A stretch of DNA of 64,000 bases from Eledone cirrhosa (lineage: Eukaryota). Position 1 is the first letter of the stretch, and each line of letters opens with the position of its first letter. Of this stretch, positions 40,341-53,684 are shown piece by piece. Under the pieces are notes generated by a model that searched no databases, was not told the DNA's origin, and saw only the letters and a program-made list of their open reading frames with translations. Position numbers and translations under genes: made by a program. The DNA is taken from the NCBI GenBank assembly GCA_964016885.1, contig OZ024743.1:123690001-123754000 (forward strand). The letters are read 5' to 3'.

Positions 40341-42684
40341 TGCCATTTCTCAACACTGTAGGATGTGATTTCGAGTGATAATTTGGCTGCTATTTCTGTA
40401 ATTCATGAGACCACACAGAAGTTTTATCGTTGGCTGGAGAAGTACAATATTGTTTGTATAGTTAAGTGTTTTATGAGGAAGTATCTCGTATTTACTTGGT
40501 TCAAATAGATATTATTTTGTATGATATATTCCAATTGCGCATTATTTTAATATCAATTGTTTAATTTGTTCTATTTAGAGTAGTTGGGTCCTGCACTAAA
40601 TGTTGGTTGGAGAATTATCAAACTGATGTTATAGATGTTAATTCAATCGAAAAATGATAAGGGAAAATTCAACAATAGTTGTTTATATCATGAGCATTTG
40701 ATAACACGTTTCATCTGTTAATTCATATTTGTCTAGAAATTTTATTAGATGGTGGTTTGATAAACGATTAGAGATTTCAAACATTTAAAAAAGTAATTTT
40801 GATATCTTTCTTCGGAAAATCATCCGATAATTAGTTTGTCTCATAATTTCTAAACATCATTTTTAATAGCCCAAAGATCACGAGTATTACATACTTTTTT
40901 AATCTTTCTTCATTGGGTTGTAGAGCAATACAGTTTTAGTTTATTTGTTGTAAATTTGTAAACATAAGTGCAGTTAGTTTAAAATAAATAGCAAATAAAT
41001 AAAAATAAAAGGTTAGATGCAATCTTCATTCCGAATATTGTTGAAATCGATTGAAAAAGAATGTTAAAATTATCTTCTACTTTTTGCTACTTCAAAGTTG
41101 AATAACAGTTTTCAGGACAGATACTTGCAAGCCGCTATACTTTATGGGAAAAGTAATTATGGTTTTATCTTTTTCTTTTTCTTTTTTCTGACAGCATTAG
41201 TTAAATCCTTTATTATAGTTTAGATTAACTTCAACCGGGAATTGAAACCGCACCGGGCGTTTTTTTATGGTTGAGTCAGAAGAGGAAGTGAAACCCTCAT
41301 GAATTTATGCTTGATTCTAAGAGGGGGAAAGAAACCCTGATTAATTGATTGCATATGAACGGGAACCTTGATTTAAATGGCTGGAACAGTGAAATCCTCT
41401 ATCAGCGCCAGGTGGTGGAGTTAAACAGGCATTCTAATTAAGTTTATTATCCAAAGATACGCACGGGCTTTGATACAGGTTCAGTCCACCGACATGAATT
41501 GAAACTTGCCCAAGATGCCAAGCTGTCAGATCGAGTTCGAAATCAAATGCTTTCGAAATGAGCTTCTTAACTCTATAACTATGTCTGCGCTCATACCGCT
41601 TTAGCCAAAACATTTACACCTTTATCTGAACTATCAAACTATGTAGCCCCTTCATAGCCCAAACCCACTCAATTTGTTCGGGTCTCCTTCCCCCATCAAT
41701 TTTTCTCGGTTTCACAAACCTCCACATTACCATATCCTTTCTATTCATTACTGCAAACCCTTGCCTACAAAACATTGGCATGCATGTCTAAGTTGAATTC
41801 CGACTGCGTCGAACCTCAAACGTCTGAGGTTGTCTGAAGGAATCTATTACCCCTAACACACTCCGATGAAATCAGAGATAAATGTAGGATTTTATTAATC
41901 TAGTATATACGTGCTTCAAATAGATATTATTTTGTACAATATATTCCAATTGCTTATTATTTGAATATCAATTGACTCATGCACTAAATATCGGTTGGAG
42001 GATTATCAAACTGATGCTGTAGATGTTAATTCTCCTGGGTTAAATCCGGGCTTGCCGATAATGTCGGCAATTCGAGATTCTGTCATTAATTCAAGACTTT
42101 GTCCGCAGATATCAATTTAAAAATTTCCTGAATATAAAAAGCCGTCAAATTGGTTAAAGCGTCGGTTTGAAAATACCTTGGTATTCGTTACGACTCACTG
42201 CACTCTGAGTTCAAATCCCGCCCTGGTCAACATTTTCCTTCGAGGTTGATATATAAAGCACCATTCCATTACTGGGATCAATTATTCTCACCCTTTTTTC
42301 CTCTCTGGAAGAAATTGGCTGTGTTCCAGCCTAGTTAAGAGCATTTTTCTTTTTAAATATTTATAAATCAACTTGACAACAAAATCCAATCGAAATCGAG
42401 AGATTGAACAGAGGAGTAATCAATCATAATATAGCTGTATATTTGAATTTTTTTTAAAAATTTAATTTACTCTTTCATACAATATATTTGGTTTTATATC
42501 TTTCTATTGGAATAAAACTACCAGTAATATACTGGTGCCGATTGAATCGACGGCACCAGAGTTTTAGATGGGCCAATGAACTATACTCAAATGTGGTTTC
42601 AATTTTAAACCGAAGTTAATTCAGTTCACTTACAGTTTGCTAAATAAAAGCATAAACGTTAACTAATCCCATTCTCGCCATTTA

Positions 42685-42881
42685 AGAGGGCCGACTGAAA
42701 ATTCATAGGATGACTATGAAGGATTGATGCTAGAACTGTGAAATCTTGCATGCTTTAATTTCAATTCTTCTTATTAATAACTACATTGTTTCTTTCCAGA
42801 GACTATGTTGAAAAATAGACCTCATTTCGTCATTCCATGAGAGTATCTTGGTCAGTCTATGATCTTTTCAGCCGACCCTCG
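42685..42881. mobile_element. Mariner-type MITE
   Basis: TIRs GAGGGCCGACTGAAAA and TTTTCAGCCGACCCTCG with TA flanks. Confidence 0.75.
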
Positions 42882-43624
42882 TACATATACTAACACATTT
42901 GCGTTTCTGGCCTTTGTATTTTAGAAATAAATCATTGTGAATATTAACATAGACTAAAACGTTCGTAAATTAAAGATTAATTTACTTCAGATGTTACTTA
43001 TGCTCTTTCAAAAAGAACGAACATCACATCCTATGTTTTCGTACTCTGAAATGATGATGGAAGGAGCTTTATGCCAACACACAACTAATCAATAATGAAA
43101 AGAAAAACTTGGTGGTTATGCAGAAACAATAGAGCCCCAGGGTATTAAAGTAATTAGTCCTTTACATGAGTGGGCGTCTTTGCTTTTTGCTTATCATCTC
43201 AATGTATGTTAACTGCATTTGAATTCCCAGTAACATACTTAAGAAAATTCAGTTAATTATATGCATGCCTTACAATATGTGGTGGCTTTGTCACTAACCA
43301 AAACATAATAAATATTATTAGAAGATAACTCTTTTCACTTCAATTACGTTTTTTTGTAAACAGCACAATGTATGCAAACGCCTGAACTAAATTGAAGTTT
43401 AGTTATAGAGCCATATACCTTTAGTATATTCTAACGTGTTAATCTATTTTTATATCTGTTATTAGCAGAGCCATTAGAGCGTCGGACAAATGCGTAGCAG
43501 TCGTTGTTCCAGCCCTTCACATACAAGTACATGTAAATATGTAGGCATTGATGCTAGCATGATTATATTTATTGTAAAATAGTTGTTCAGAAAATGAAGT
43601 GCACACACACACACGCACACGCGC

Positions 43625-43750
<126 letters not shown>

Positions 43751-45962
43751 GCATGCATGCACACACACATACACACGCGCACACACACTACACAACTCAA
43801 TCACAAAACGTACAGAAACAAGGGAGCACACGAATTTACATTCTGACATTATGAATTTCTATTTAACACAAAACAACTTCATTCACAACTTTTATGTTTC
43901 TAGACCCTGTTATTATTATTGCTAATATTATTAGTGCGGTGGATTGGCAGAACGTCAGACACACGGCCCTTTACATTCTGAGTTCAAATCCCACCGAGGT
44001 CAGCTTTGCCTTTCATTCGATACCTGGTTGCATGTGCTCTTGAGAAAAACACTTCATTTCACGCTGATCCAGTATACTCAGCTGAAAATGAGTACCAGCA
44101 ATAGATGGGGGTTTATCCCTGCAATGTGGGGGGGGGGATCTTGTGCTCTCAGTCACTTCACGCCATGAAACCGGGATAAGTACAGGCCAAATGAACTTTC
44201 TGGCTTATGACAGACTTTAGACTTAGACATATTTCTTCACTTCTCCCGCTATGTAGGAAGACATGTTGATGCCAGAGAGCTATTTCTAATAACGCTTGTT
44301 CACAAAACAGACGTTATAAAAGACGAAAGAGCGACACCAAATTTCTCGGGTAATCTCAAAACATAATAATAAATAGACCAAAAAAAGAAATAACTGTTAC
44401 TCGAAATACCATGTGCATAAATCCAGATATTTAAGTATACTCGAAATGTTCTAAAACCACTCCACTTAAATGGTGATTCGAACATCAGACATAGGGTTGG
44501 CGTATTACTTGAAGTTACAGAAAGCACCAGCACTTATAATGATCTATAATATTTACCGTGTTTTCCTATACCACTTAGTTCTGGCTATACAAATGCAAGA
44601 GCGTACAATTACTCTTGTTAAAAAAAATGTCCAACTCAAATCTTTGAATACGTATTCCTGATTGACAAACACGAAGCGGTTGTCAAAATCAGTACTTGAA
44701 GGTTTTGTTTCTCCTGCATTTTCTTTAATCAGCAAACATTTGGAATTATATTTGGAAAGAATGGTTCAAATGTTTTACCTGCGTGATGTAAAAAGGCGAC
44801 AGCAAGCCTGTCATAGAATGATATGTTTTCGGAAAGCAATTCCAGAGAAATATAATGGAGATCAATAACTTCAGCTACGTAATGCTGTATTATCATAAAT
44901 TCTATAAACATCTAATTACAATGTAAAATCTGCGTGTTGTAATTATACAATTTATTTGCAGTTAAAAAACCATTACATGTTTCGATATTACTTGAAAGAG
45001 TTTGGAAACTTTAACACGAAAATGAAGCTTATTATCACACCTGTAATATAGATTCTAAATAATGTTTTCTACACTACATATATATGACTAAGTTGCACTG
45101 ACTTTTAATTAGCACACCGGGGTGTATGTTTTATCTCTAAATATGATATATTTCTTGTATTGTATTAAAGTTTTGGTAGATTCTCTTAACTTAAGCAATT
45201 GAACTCCTACAAAATGAACTCCTACATTCCAAAGAGACTAATAGTTTTTAACCTCTTTCATAAGGATAAGTGGTTCAAATATAAATCTATATAGAACGTC
45301 CATTTTACTCGCAGCTAACATTTCTACAAGCTATCGTGCCTATACTCAACATGTAAGTCAATTTAAGTCCATAAAAGTACATGCAACGCCGAAATACGTA
45401 ATATAATGTTTTCGATGCATTTCAGCTAAAACCCAAGAGAGGATAATTTGTACTGCATAGTCATAGTAATTCTACCTCGAGCCAATTTACAAGAGCCAAT
45501 AAAGAAGCATCTATGCAGTAGCGAAAGCTGTTAGATATAACAGCAAATTTACCCTCAAATCACATTCTCTCGTCTTAAAGGAAGACTAACTTTAACCTTA
45601 GTTAGATACACTATCCTTGAAAACAGAACAGAATTATCATGACCGGACCGACCTTGATAATAAGTGTTCTTAGTCAGATTTCACCTGAAGCTAAACAACA
45701 TTAAAAAGAGGTTAATGTCAGGTTCCAATACTTACATTTACACTTAGGATCAATATTAATAATCAAACCAAGCAAAACATATGTTACGTAAGGGAATAAT
45801 TTCGATCGAGTGTCAACCGTGAATAAGAATTATCTACATACGTATGTATGTATGAATGTATGGATGTATGCACACACATACATAAGGATATTATTAAACA
45901 TTTGCATTTTAATATGTTGCTGTACATATTGAAGTATAAAGATTATATTTATGTACTCACAC

Positions 45963-46020
<58 letters not shown>

Positions 46021-46639
46021 GAAATAAGAGAAGAGAGAGGGCAAGAGTGGGATACATGATTACTCACCTTCCAGTTTTGATGACTATGATATTTTCAATC
46101 ATAATCCTAATTAGATCTTTGATTGCATGTTGCCTGCAAGTCTGTAGCAGTGTGAATTGGAGAGAAAATTACTGAATCTTCACTGACATTTTTGCTATCT
46201 CTATTATCAATTATATAATGTTGCCTGAATACCAGAAACTTTAATTAGTTCTCTCCTCCCACCCACGATCTTTCCGGCAATTACTGCCACAGAATTTTAC
46301 ACGCCGTTTCTCATTAGCCTCCCTTACTTTCCGCATCTTCCAATCAAGCATATACATCGTGCTTGCCTTGGCTATTGTTATCCTCCTTCCAACTTTCTAA
46401 CAAACAATTAGCTTTGCACATACACACACACACACATCTTTCTCTTTCTCTCGCTACACACACATATATATATATATATGTGTGTGTGTATAAATATATA
46501 TATAATATATATATAATATATATATATATATATTATATATTAGATATATATATATATATTATATATTAGATATATATATATATTATATAAATATATTATA
46601 TATATAAATATATTATAAATATATTATATATATATATAA

Positions 46640-46703
<64 letters not shown>

Positions 46704-46730
46704 TATAATATATATACATAATATATATAT

Positions 46731-46783
<53 letters not shown>

Positions 46784-47169
46784 ATATTTAGGTTTGAAGG
46801 TTCACCACTGGATAGAGCTGGTCATTCCGTATGGTTAATCTTGATGTAATAATATGGCGAGTACTCAACGTAAAGCAGTTCAACCGTCTTCGTTTGTGTA
46901 GTTGGTGGTGCGAGTACGGAGTTAAATATTATAATAAAATAACAGGAGGCTGGACTTGTGTAAATCCTTGAAAGGTTTATTATACTATGATCATTTCAAT
47001 GGCCGGGTTCCGTATGAATCCGGTGATATCATCAGGTATTCGAAATATAATAAATGAATATAACAGATAAAATCCACGGGGCTGAAAATCATAGACACGA
47101 GGACGACCGACCATCTAGCATCTTCCACTTTAACCGGTCGCCCTCAAGTGATTTTATCTGTTACATTCA

Positions 47170-48864
47170 TCTTTATCTTTATATATATAAAAGCGAGGAT
47201 GTGTGTGTGTGTCTGTTTACAACTTTGGATGCCTAAGGCTTTTACAATTACCAACAGAATGTGTCCAAATTTTCTGTGTACGTTGCACAGGTCGCTAAGA
47301 TGGTCACATCACAAAATTCGCCCCACGTTGAGCAATAAAAAATCGATATCAAAATTATCGGTAGCAAAATTGATGTAAGGGAGATAACCAACTTTATTGA
47401 CAAATATAAACATCAGATTCATTTGAAGATAATTCACTAATATTATCGTTTGTTTCTTGTTTACTCTTTGTTGCACTTTCAAAGTTAAAAAAACACTTGT
47501 TGTTTTAACTTGTTTCACGATATTAAGTGTTAATTTTCGCGGTAAAAAAAATTGTTGCACTATCAAAGTTAAAAAAACACTTGTTGTTTTAACTTGTTTC
47601 ACGATATTAAGTGTTAATTTTCGCTTTAAGGGCCTAATCTTGCAGCAGTCTCGAATTGACGAGATTTTAATGATGGTTTCATTATTTTTAGAACAATCGT
47701 TATGGGACTTTCCATTCAAACCATTGGAACCTACAACTTTTACGTTTTTAAAACTTTCATAAGTCATGTTGACACTCAGACTGGTCATGACGGATACCCA
47801 CTATATAGCCGGAGAAGACCCGAAGATGGTGGATTCACAGCAAGGGTTGCTGGATGTCCTCGGATATATAAATCTATTGATACTGTATGTGATCCACAGG
47901 ATGCGGTCAATTATCCAGTTAAATTTCTAAATTCTTTAAATCCTCCTGGTTTACCTCCTAATACATTGGTTCTGAACGAGGGAACGCCAGTTATTTTGCT
48001 GAGAAATATCACTCCTCCAAAACTATGCAAAGGTACACGCTTTGTGGTTAAAAAACTGTCTCCACTTAGTATTGACGCTACCATTCTATCCGGATGTGGA
48101 AAAGGCGAGGATGTGATATTAACAAAAATTAGCCTGACTACATCAGGCGTGAATACTCCCTTCTCCTTTCGCCGAACCCAATTTCCCCTTCGTGTTGCTT
48201 TTGCGATGTCCATAAATAAGTCGCAAGGTCAAACTCTGTCCGCCACTGGAATTCACTTGGATGAACCTTGCTTTTCGCACGGACAATTCTACGTTGCCTG
48301 CTCACGAGTTGGCAGTCGAGATAATCTCTTTGCGTTTGTTCCGAAAAGAAAAACAAAGAATATAGTCTATCCTGAAGTGCTTTAGTGTTAACAAAAAAAC
48401 TTATTTCAGCTCTGCCTTGACTTCACCTTACTCATTACAAAACATACCAATGAATATGTCATGCAAGATATTTTGGATTATAAGTACAAATTTAACCATA
48501 CCCAGCAAAGGATGCTCTCAAAGAATAGATTTTGTCTTATTCTACTCTCATTGTTTTTTGTTTGTATATAACTCTGCTTTCATTACAACTTCTTGTACTT
48601 TAGCAAAAATGCCTGTTTTTTTACAGATTTGCAACGTGTATTGTCTTTAATCATTTGTATAACTACATCCTGTTCAGTGTTTTCCTTCATTATCAAAATA
48701 GTTTTATGTGTACAAAGATTGCATTAAATTTTCGTTTGCATTAATTATTGAAGACTTCTGCTTATTTTGACAGGTTGGGGACAAATAATGTTCTTCTTTT
48801 ACTTCCTAGCTGTATATTCTTAGCATAATTTCAAACCCCGAGCTACGCCGGGTAAATCTGGTAG
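47170..48864 (+). mobile_element. Internally deleted Helitron
   Basis: 5' TC, 3' hairpin CCCG..CGGG followed by GTAG, inserted between A and T with no TSD; carries a helicase fragment. Confidence 0.85.
47702..48385 (+). pseudogene. Helitron Rep/helicase remnant (PIF1-like helicase C-terminus)
   Basis: DGYPLYSRR; FLNSLNPPGLPP; LLRNI..KLCKGTR; RRTQFPLRVAFAMSINKSQGQTL; FSHGQFYVACSRV. Confidence 0.9.
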
Positions 48865-49053
48865 TTTATTATATTTTGAACACCTGATGATATCACCGCA
48901 TTCATACGGAACCCGGTCATTGAAATGATCATAGTATAATAAAACTTTCAATGATTTACACAAGTCCAGCCTCCTGTTATTTTATTATAATATATATATA
49001 TATATACACATATATATATATATAACTGTATATATATTATATATATATATAAC

Positions 49054-49135
<82 letters not shown>

Positions 49136-49273
49136 ATGTATGTATATATATATTATAATTTGGCAATAACCTTTCGTTCAAACAATTATTCCTCCTTTTA
49201 GAGTAATACCATTTCAAAGTTACCTTTATAGTGATATAGGCACACACATACATACACACACGTCCGCACACAC

Positions 49274-49357
<84 letters not shown>

Positions 49358-49359
<2 letters not shown>

Positions 49360-50375
49360 TAGCTGAGGTACCCAGCGTTGCTAGGGTTTATGTAATACAA
49401 TTGTTTGTTGTGCAGAAATAACACTTGATGAAGCTCTCGTTTGAAATAACTCTTATAGGAAAACACGGTCATCGTCGGGGATGTACACACCACGGCCAAC
49501 TGATTAATGCGACCCGCAGAGGCCTTCTATTCGTCCCGTAAGATGTTCCATTCGGTTAAATATATGCATGTTAGCAGCAAAGATGACACAGCCTAGGTTG
49601 CGAAGGTAATTTTTAAATCTCCTTATATATGTCAAATGTGGCCCGTTGAAGATTTATATTCGGTTCACAAAGGATTCCGCCCCGTATACATTTTTGGAAA
49701 GTACCCCCGCATTACCCAACCAGAGCCCATAAATCCCATTTGTCTGGGTAAAACTGGGCCTGTGGAGGGCAAATTCAATTGTTATCCATCCCATTGTTGC
49801 TCAGCCCTCCGTCCCGCTGGAGGAAACCATCCACTGCACATAAGTGGTGTATCTATGATGTTTGAAAAAAGCATCTGCGACATTCGATATTGCAGTGTTT
49901 TCGTTTTATTAAGGTGCCCTGGGGAAACTTTTAACACCTTATTGATACATAAATAATGCACCTCTACAGTTTAAAGCAAATTAGTTGCTCATATCAGAAG
50001 AAACAAACCAAATGAAAAATAGGTTTGTATGGCTTTTTACCTTCCGCGAGTTGTCTGGAATAATTCAGCCTAAAGTCATCCTTAGCACATAATTTATCTA
50101 TGTTTCAATTTTAAAAGAAATCGGTTGAGAACTTTAAAAGTTATGACAAAAAATAACATTCATATGAGCATTTGCATGCAAATATCCTATTGATTTATAA
50201 AAAAATCGATGCAGTCTGGAAATTATCGATTTTCTTTTTACTTCAAAGTACGTAAGAAATCAAATGGACATGAGAGCCACACGCGTGTCAAGTTTCATCA
50301 AGATCGGTTTAGTAGTTTTTGAGTTTTAGGTTCACAAACAAATCCACAAACAAACACAAACAGACAGAAATTGCC

Positions 50376-50382
<7 letters not shown>
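49358..50382 (-). mobile_element. Non-autonomous Helitron in (TA)n
   Basis: ACTAG plus hairpin CCCAGCGTTGCTAGGG at the left end (3' end on minus); microsatellite-like 5' end. Confidence 0.65.
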
Positions 50383-50444
<62 letters not shown>

Positions 50445-50448
<4 letters not shown>

Positions 50449-51100
50449 TGTATACAGACGCACAGTAGTATGTATATATATATATATATACATGCACATA
50501 TATATATATATGTACGTATGGATTCACCAAACAATTATCACAATGCTCGGTGTGTTTGGAAACAAACATCCCGTATTAAGCCGTAGTGTCTAGCAACCAC
50601 CGTTGCTCGTTTGTTCAACACTGACAAAGGAACGCTGTACTAGTTTCAAGCTTGTTAGCTATCGTCAGCAACGTATACCTTCCTGCCAGATAGTTGAACG
50701 TCCGAAAGTATATACTTTCCTTATGCATATTAACGGCTGAGTAGCCCAATTTGCATATCGAGTGGGTTAATCGGCCGGGTGCACCGAAAACGATAAACGG
50801 AAAAAATGAAACGAAATTTCATTTCCCACTCTTAGTACGGCTGTTACTTAAATATAAGTATGTATACGTACATACATATATGTATACAGACGCACAGTTG
50901 TATGTATATATATATATACATACATGCACACATATATATATGTACGTATGGATTCACCGAACATTTATTATAATGCTCGGTGTGTTTGTAAACAAACATC
51001 CGGAATTAAGCCGTAGTGTCTAGCAATACATACTATATATACATACTACTGTGCGTCTGTATACATATATGTGTGTACGTATACGTACTTATATTTAAGT
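50445..51100 (-). mobile_element. Partial tandem (period about 430 bp) plus an inverted arm of the HHR repeat family; HHR at 50633-50673 (-)
   Basis: GGATTCACC recurs at 50520 and 50950; cgttg-CTGACGA-tagct aaca agctt-GAAA-ctag-TA-cagcg. Confidence 0.8.
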
Positions 51101-51106
51101 TCCAAT

Positions 51107-51872
51107 AAGATTGGAAGTCCGATGGACTTCCAATGGAAATGTTCGGATCATCAGAAAGCATTTTCCCCTAGATAGGACGAAAGTCCAACGAACAGCAAAA
51201 TATATTGCATTCTGCCAGCTAGTGCAGGATCGAATGAGGCCGTAAATGAACTAGCCCCTAGTATAAGAGGAAGTAAACATAGACGTGTTGTCTATCACGC
51301 TGCTAAAAATAGCAGCTAGGTAAAACAACGGATTTTTTTCTCTACACATAGGAGAATATATAAAAAGGAGATCACAGGTACTAAGTACCTCTGGAAATAT
51401 ATAGGGTGTCTATGGTACAGTTGTTGTTCTATGGTATCAATTTGACATACCAGAACTATAAAATTGAGATAAGCGGAGCAAGCAAGATTCAAACAATTTT
51501 TAGGTCAAGTTTACGGTCTCATTCGATCCTGCACTAGCTGGCAGAATGCAATATATTTTGCCGTTCGTGGAACTTTCGTCCTATGTAGCGGAAAATGCTT
51601 TCTGAAGAACCGAACATTTCCATTGGAGGTTCATCGGACTTCCAATCTTTTGTGAGGCGAAACCATCGGTAAAAGCAAATGGAGTAGGTAAATATTTAAA
51701 TTATATTTTTTAATTTATTTTAAAAAAGTGTTTGAATCTTACTTGCTCCGGTTATCTCAATTTTATAGTTCTGGTATGTCAGATTGATACAATAGAACAA
51801 CAACTGTACCATAGACACCCTATATATTTCCAGGGGTACTTAGTACCTGTGGCAATATTGATCTCCTTTATA
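51107..51872. mobile_element. Permuted fold-back HHR element; HHR at 51596-51677 (+)
   Basis: Two interleaved inverted repeats; tgcttt-CTGAAGA..GAAA-ccatcgg-TA-aaagca. Confidence 0.75.
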
Positions 51873-51931
51873 TATATATATATATACTTCGTTTTTTTTT
51901 TATTTGTTTGCAACATAATCCTCCCAGATTA

Positions 51932-52009
<78 letters not shown>

Positions 52010-52012
<3 letters not shown>

Positions 52013-52230
52013 ATAATAATAAATTTGAAGACTAAAATCCAAAGAGGGCTCGATAAGGATAAATATATATCAAATATATAAGAACCATAGAGCAAATATT
52101 TATTAAAATAACAGATTAAAGTTTAAGCAAAGAATCGCTGCTTTCACTCTTAACGGGATCTTCTGAAACTTTTCAGAAGATCCCGTTAAGGGTGAAAGCA
52201 GGGATTCTTTGCTTAAACTTTAATTTGTTA

Positions 52231-52238
<8 letters not shown>
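52010..52238. mobile_element. Fold-back element (palindrome 52101-52238) between (TA)n tracts
   Basis: Inverted repeat with a variant core CAGAAGA-tccc gttaa gggt-GAAA. Confidence 0.65.
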
Positions 52239-52296
<58 letters not shown>

Positions 52297-52300
<4 letters not shown>

Positions 52301-52500
52301 TAAAAAGGAAAAGAATGACACATTTTTCCCGGTGAAAAATAGTTTAATTAGGAATAAGAATAAATTAGGAATAAGTATTAGTTAGTATTCAGTTTTAGTA
52401 TTAAGTTTTTACCGGTTGCGCATTTCTAATGCTTTTCAAAAATAATTTTTTGATAGAGCGCTCGTGATTTTTGCTCTAATCCGATTATCACAACTCTATT
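52297..52500 (-). mobile_element. Solo 3' end related to the 53681-56192 Penelope-like element
   Basis: Diverged reverse complement of about 56000-56190. Confidence 0.7.
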
Positions 52501-52503
52501 TTT

Positions 52504-52633
<130 letters not shown>

Positions 52634-53495
52634 AATTGTGATTAATCTGTATAAAATATATTTTATTGGAGTTTTCAGCACACCAATGAATTCTTTGTTT
52701 CAGTCTTTTTCAGTATTGTTTAGATATTATCAAGAGCTGGCATTTAATTTAATCCCATATCTTTGTATTTGCAATCAGCAATGACAGGGGATAACTTAGG
52801 ACAAATGTATTTTTAGAATATCTTTTAATCTTACATTTCTTACTCATATATCTAAACAGCGCACTACCCGTGTGTGGCTTAAATTGATTCTAGTATCAAA
52901 TCACTTATGCTACATATTTAATTTATGTAAATCTAACTAGGTTTCTTACTTTTCACTTTAATTGAATTATAGTTTTAATTAAAATTTTAATCCTATCTTT
53001 ATTAAATTCATGCTTATTAATCGTATGTTTATGTCAATTCTAGTATCTAATTATCTTATTCAACTAATTATCTTATTATTATTCAAGTAATTATCTTATT
53101 CTCTACTGTTCTATGTTGTTGTTTTTTTTTATTTAATTCTAATAATTTTAATTTATATAATTTATTTTTATCATCTTTATATCTGTTACATTTTTCACTC
53201 CACCATTATAGTTAATTTTTACCTGCCATTTTTGTATATATATTTGTATTTTCTGTTTGGCTACGTGTTTGTGTTGTCATTTCATCATTATTTCAAACAT
53301 AGTTGATCATTATAAAGTTCGCTTCACATCTTGCATTTGTAATTCAACATCTTATCATATCCACTTGGATACATATATATATATAATATATATTTGAAGT
53401 AAGGTAGCTTGGATGCTTCCATAGGCGGTAGGCGGCATGCCAGTTGAACACTCTATGCTCCTAACAGACAGAGGATTTGCTTCGAAGTCACTAGA

Positions 53496-53586
53496 CGTAA
53501 CTGAGGAACTTGCGAATCCAGAGTTAGGTTCGATCCACAAATAGATCGCACCTCGAGCTGTTCGCCGGAGAAACAATTGTAATACG
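53496..53586 (+). ncRNA. Type I hammerhead ribozyme motif with an extended helix II
   Basis: cgtaa-CTGAGGA-long hairpin-GAAA-caattg-TA-atacg, inside a ~240-bp insert between TA-rich tracts. Confidence 0.7.
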
Positions 53587-53628
53587 CCAATAAATTGTGT
53601 TCCGATGCATCAATGATTCTCGTTTTCC

Positions 53629-53680
<52 letters not shown>

Positions 53681-53684
<4 letters not shown>

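Larger units (their letters stand above)
46790..48992. mobile_element. Fold-back HHR element (left arm 46927-47074; right arm 47150-47169 plus 48865-48992) interrupted by a Helitron
   Basis: Arms are reverse complements once the insert is removed; HHRs at 46982-47039 (-) and 48880-48937 (+): CTGATGA..GAAA-tgatca-TA. Confidence 0.8.

Noticed and set aside
44300-44911. Cluster of short overlapping ORFs in non-repetitive DNA
   Set aside because: No recognisable motifs and no consistent splice pattern
47469-47624. 84-bp-period duplication giving a repeated peptide in ORF 47309-47788
   Set aside because: Internal tandem duplication in Helitron non-coding sequence
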